A stretch of 27,320 nucleotides of DNA from IMG/VR virus record IMGVR_UViG_3300033412_000056, positions 1-27,320 of that record; one strand, given 5' to 3'. The notes beneath the pieces were generated by a model, which was not told the origin of the DNA, searched no databases, and saw only the letters and a program-made list of their open reading frames with translations. Shown one piece after another: positions 23,820 through 27,320 of the stretch (positions are counted from its first letter, which is position 1; every line of letters begins with the position of its first letter). Both the position numbers and the translations under genes were made by a program. Origin of the DNA: a virus (Duplodnaviria; Caudoviricetes).

Positions 23820-26756
23820 ATGCCAGATATTAAAGTTTCACAATTACCTACAGTGGGTGCGTCCGATGCAGCTGATCTTATTTATGCTGTTCAAGGTGGT
23901 GTTTCTGTTCAAGAAACACTTCAGCAAGTGTTAGACCTTGTTCAAGGGAGTGTTTCTGGAATTCCACAGCTTATTTATATCAATTCAGATATTGGTAGTG
24001 ATACGACTGGCAATGGAAGTATTAATAATCCTTATGAAACATATGAAAAAGCACGTTCCGTTGCTGCATTGTCAGCGACTTCTGCAATTCCATATTCTAT
24101 TGTACCAATAGGTGTATTTAATATAACTGGAAATTTAGCATTATCACCATTTGTTAATATTGTTGGATTGAATGATGGATCATCAAAAATTGTTTTAACG
24201 GGAAGTGTAGGATTAAATTCTTCTTTTGATGCAACTTCTAATCCTTTTTGTTATATATCAAATGTAGCATTATCAGCAACAGGTGGCGTTAGTTTAACAT
24301 TTGGTGTTTCGCAAAGTGCTAGTATTTATTTTGATATTGATTTATCAGGTAGTGCATCTATTACATTAAATGGTACAGGAAGTGAAACAATTGTTTTTGA
24401 AGATGGTATAACATTAAGTGGAATGCCTGCGTTATATTGCGAAGATTGTAGTCTCATATTAACTAAAACTAACTTAGGCGATGTCACTTTAATTAATACA
24501 ATAACAACTAATATATCGCTTTATATGCAAGGAAATGTTGGTAATATTGGCGGTGTTGTTCTACAGAATAATTCTACGGGGCAAGTTAATGCGTATATAA
24601 GTTCTTGTCCGTCAATGTCATCCTTGCAGATAGTCGGAACATTAGTAAATCTATCGATTGACTCATCAAGTTACACTGTTGTTCCAACATTTGGAAGTAG
24701 CGCAACTGCTTCACAAATTACATTGTTATCGATATCTGAAGGCGTTAATGCAGATTATACACCAATTAACTACTCTCCTAATGATGGAAGTTTACATGGT
24801 CATTTAATCGGAATTGATAATGCGCTGGCTGGGTCAGGTCCAGGCAGTGAATCATTGCAAGATGCTTATGACACTGGTGATGATGCAATCATAGATATGA
24901 GCGCAAGCCGTCCTGTGATTTTTCAGACATCGACGGATGGGTCAGAAACAAATGCTATAACAACTCAAGGAACAGGTAGTCAAGCATCTCCTGTTTACAG
25001 AGTGATAGGATGGAGATTTACACCTGCTGTTGATATGCAAGTTGTATCTCTTCAATACGATGATGCGCTTATGGTATCAACAACGTTTGGTCATGATACT
25101 GCAATTTATAATTATACTACTTTTGAAGAACTAGGAAGGGTGACTATTTATAAGACTGACCCACTTGATCCATCAACAGTTTATAGGACGAAGGATTTAA
25201 ACTCACCGATATTGTTACAAGGTGGAACAGACTATGTATTTGCAACAGTTGAGCCAATCAATGATCTTGTTTATTTAACAAAAACTGCAACGCCTAACGC
25301 AAATATAACACTTGTTCAATTAGCATCATTGCCGCAGTCATCAACGGGTGTTAGTTTACAATTTCCACAAACTTTCACACCTGCAACGCCTAATCAAGTT
25401 TATTTAGGTTCATTTGTTTTCACTACTCTAACGGTTAATGAAAGTATTAACATTAATGATGGAACAACAAGTAATAATAAAATTTATGAAGTGAAATCTA
25501 CAGCGCGCGCAGTAATTGACGAACCAGTTATGACAACAGCTCAAATGAATGGTGTTGTATCTCCTGAAATTGGAATGCGAATTTTTAACTCTAATAGCTC
25601 GCCTATAGCGCCTTATTTTTATAATGGCAGTGCTTGGATAAATGTTTTAAATGCTTCAGTTACATCAACGATAACTGTCACTAATACCTCAGCTAGTGCA
25701 TCTTATTTTGTACCAATTATTACAGCAAGCTCAACAGCAGCTTATCCTTTATATGTTGGTGCTGGATTAACATTTAATCCCAATACTAATACTTTAACGA
25801 CTACTACATTTTCAGGCGCATTAAGTGGAAATGCAACCTCCGCAACTTCTGCCGCAACGGTTAATTCATCAAATGAAGCAACTGACACAACTTGTTTTCC
25901 ATTGTTTATAACAGCAAGTGGAACACAAACATTAGAGCCAAAGAATAACACTGGACTCACTTATAACTCAAATACTAATAATTTGGGTTGTACTACTTTT
26001 ACAGGTGCATTGAGCGGTAATGCAACAACTTCAACAACAGCAACTAATGCGACTAATGCGACTAATGTGGGAACAACAGTACAAACAACAGGTACTTTTT
26101 ATCCTTTGATGGTTTCATCTTCTTCTAGTGGAAACCAAGCTGCTAAAATGGGTACAAGTTTTTCAGTTGCACTAGATGGTAGTTGGCTTTTTAAAACTTC
26201 ACAAGATAATGGCGGATTTAGTTTTGAAAGTTCAAGTGGCTCTGTTTACAGAAATTTGGTTAGAACAACAACAAATAATAATGCTCAAGATGTTTATTCA
26301 ACTGCATCAACGAATAACTGGAATGTGGGTCTAGTATTTGGTTCTGGTAGTAGCAATTACGGAATTCTTGATGCTGTGAATAGCGGCGCAACCGTTTTAA
26401 CTATTACGCCTGGGTCAACAGCAATAACACAATTTAATGGGAATTTTGGTCTTAACGGCGCATCATTTGGAAGCGGTACAAAAGTTCTTTTCGTTGCAAA
26501 TGCTTCCGCTGATCCTTCTACTAATCCATCCAACGGCGGCATTTTATATTCTAGTTCAGGTGCTGGAAAGTGGCGCGGTAGTGGGGGAACAGTAACAACA
26601 TTCGGTCCTGCTGAACCACATTGTCCACAATGTGATAGTGACTTTGGTTTCGAATGGCAAAACGAAAAATACGGCGGAAATTTACGCGTCTGTATGAAGT
26701 GTTTTTCGGATGAAATTGGCAGTAAGAAATGGATTAGATGGAACGAAGGGAAATAA
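23820..26756 (+). CDS. Long mosaic tail fibre, 978 aa
   Basis: IKVSQLP N-terminus. GSDTTGNGSINNPY beta-helix start. SLQDAYD linker. FxGALSGNAT repeats. C-terminal CxxC...CxxC. Confidence 0.85.
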   Translation: MPDIKVSQLPTVGASDAADLIYAVQGGVSVQETLQQVLDLVQGSVSGIPQLIYINSDIGSDTTGNGSINNPYETYEKARSVAALSATSAIPYSIVPIGVFNITGNLALSPFVNIVGLNDGSSKIVLTGSVGLNSSFDATSNPFCYISNVALSATGGVSLTFGVSQSASIYFDIDLSGSASITLNGTGSETIVFEDGITLSGMPALYCEDCSLILTKTNLGDVTLINTITTNISLYMQGNVGNIGGVVLQNNSTGQVNAYISSCPSMSSLQIVGTLVNLSIDSSSYTVVPTFGSSATASQITLLSISEGVNADYTPINYSPNDGSLHGHLIGIDNALAGSGPGSESLQDAYDTGDDAIIDMSASRPVIFQTSTDGSETNAITTQGTGSQASPVYRVIGWRFTPAVDMQVVSLQYDDALMVSTTFGHDTAIYNYTTFEELGRVTIYKTDPLDPSTVYRTKDLNSPILLQGGTDYVFATVEPINDLVYLTKTATPNANITLVQLASLPQSSTGVSLQFPQTFTPATPNQVYLGSFVFTTLTVNESININDGTTSNNKIYEVKSTARAVIDEPVMTTAQMNGVVSPEIGMRIFNSNSSPIAPYFYNGSAWINVLNASVTSTITVTNTSASASYFVPIITASSTAAYPLYVGAGLTFNPNTNTLTTTTFSGALSGNATSATSAATVNSSNEATDTTCFPLFITASGTQTLEPKNNTGLTYNSNTNNLGCTTFTGALSGNATTSTTATNATNATNVGTTVQTTGTFYPLMVSSSSSGNQAAKMGTSFSVALDGSWLFKTSQDNGGFSFESSSGSVYRNLVRTTTNNNAQDVYSTASTNNWNVGLVFGSGSSNYGILDAVNSGATVLTITPGSTAITQFNGNFGLNGASFGSGTKVLFVANASADPSTNPSNGGILYSSSGAGKWRGSGGTVTTFGPAEPHCPQCDSDFGFEWQNEKYGGNLRVCMKCFSDEIGSKKWIRWNEGK

Positions 26757-26779
26757 TTTTTTAACTAAGGAGCTTTAAG

Positions 26780-27151
26780 ATGAACTTAAATACAGATCAA
26801 CAAATTTCTTTTATTCAAACAATTGATGATACCCTTGTAAAAGGCGCTCTTTCCTATACATTGCCTCAAGATTCTTATAATAGTGTAAAAGTAGAAATAA
26901 CTTGTGCTAATACATTGACTGGCGATATGTATACAACTTTTATTTCTCCTCTTGTTCAAAGGAGTAAAGCAAGTAGTCGTTCCGTTGCTTCTTTAAATGC
27001 TCCTGTTAAAAATGGGGATGTTTCATTAGGTGGTGCTTCTGTAGGAACAGAAATAATTGGTGCTAGTTTAATTGTCAATGTTCAAGGTGTAGCAAATACT
27101 GTATTGCAGTGGGCTATTAAGTTAACTATTGATAAATTTACCACAGCATAA
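26780..27151 (+). CDS. Tail fibre-associated beta protein, 123 aa
   Basis: AAGGAG RBS. Beta-rich. Follows the tail fibre gene. Confidence 0.7.
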   Translation: MNLNTDQQISFIQTIDDTLVKGALSYTLPQDSYNSVKVEITCANTLTGDMYTTFISPLVQRSKASSRSVASLNAPVKNGDVSLGGASVGTEIIGASLIVNVQGVANTVLQWAIKLTIDKFTTA

Positions 27152-27164
27152 GGTATTAAATTAT

Positions 27165-27320
27165 ATGTTAATTGAAAATCTACAGGCTAGGTTAGTTGAG
27201 TTAGATCAATCTATTATACAAGGAATGGCTCAAGTTAATGCGTTGATAGGTGCGAAACAGGAAATTCTTGAATTAATTAAAACGATTGAAGAAGAATCGA
27301 AAAATAAAGATGCCTGCAAT
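27165..27320 (+). CDS. Coiled-coil protein, truncated by the window end (possible fibre chaperone)
   Basis: MLIENLQARLVELDQSIIQGMAQVNALIGAKQEILELIKTIEEESKNKDACN, open to the window edge. Confidence 0.6.
   Translation, partial: MLIENLQARLVELDQSIIQGMAQVNALIGAKQEILELIKTIEEESKNKDACN

Larger units (their letters stand above)
1..27320. mobile_element. P22-like podovirus/prophage segment (packaging, head, ejection and tail modules)
   Basis: Gene order TerS-TerL-portal-scaffold-coat-gp4-gp10-ejection proteins-tail fibres, with no tape measure or tail tube gene. No integrase or att site in the window, so prophage versus free phage cannot be decided. Confidence 0.95.

Noticed and set aside
1796-26542. 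Track ORFs nested in or antisense to the late genes (e.g. 1796..2104, 2641..2895, 3614..3952, 10758..11117, 22014..22301)
   Set aside because: They overlap genes with clear family motifs and show no motifs or RBSs of their own.
19509-26756. Diversity-generating retroelement or invertible tail fibre cassette
   Set aside because: No reverse transcriptase or invertase gene, and I saw no near-identical TR/VR pair or inverted crossover sites.
1-27320. Alternative genetic code
   Set aside because: All large structural genes are intact under the standard bacterial code, and TAA, TAG and TGA are all used as stops.

Overview
The whole window is an AT-rich segment of a P22-like (short-tailed) phage or prophage. 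Bases 71-1495 hold short leftward genes, including an RHH/CopG-type regulator, driven by a sigma70-like promoter with an operator palindrome in its spacer. The rightward late region runs: small terminase, NrdR-type Zn ribbon, large terminase, a ~4.4 kb accessory block, portal, scaffold, P22-type coat, gp4- and gp10-like head-tail proteins, three probable ejection proteins, and several tail fibre/decoration genes. The accessory block holds many tiny Cys/Zn-finger genes, a DUF551 gene and a DUF2829/Tad2-like gene. Two non-coding signals stand out. (1) At 4600-5113 there is a tandem array of four different structured RNAs, each preceded by the same GTTTAT linker and closed by an acceptor-like stem. 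Three end in an encoded G-CCA, and two have D- and T-arms with large structured insertions. (2) Hairpins presenting (A)NGGA loops, typical CsrA/RsmA binding sites, sit on or near the ribosome-binding sites of many late genes. Protein family calls come from motif recognition and gene order, not from database searches.
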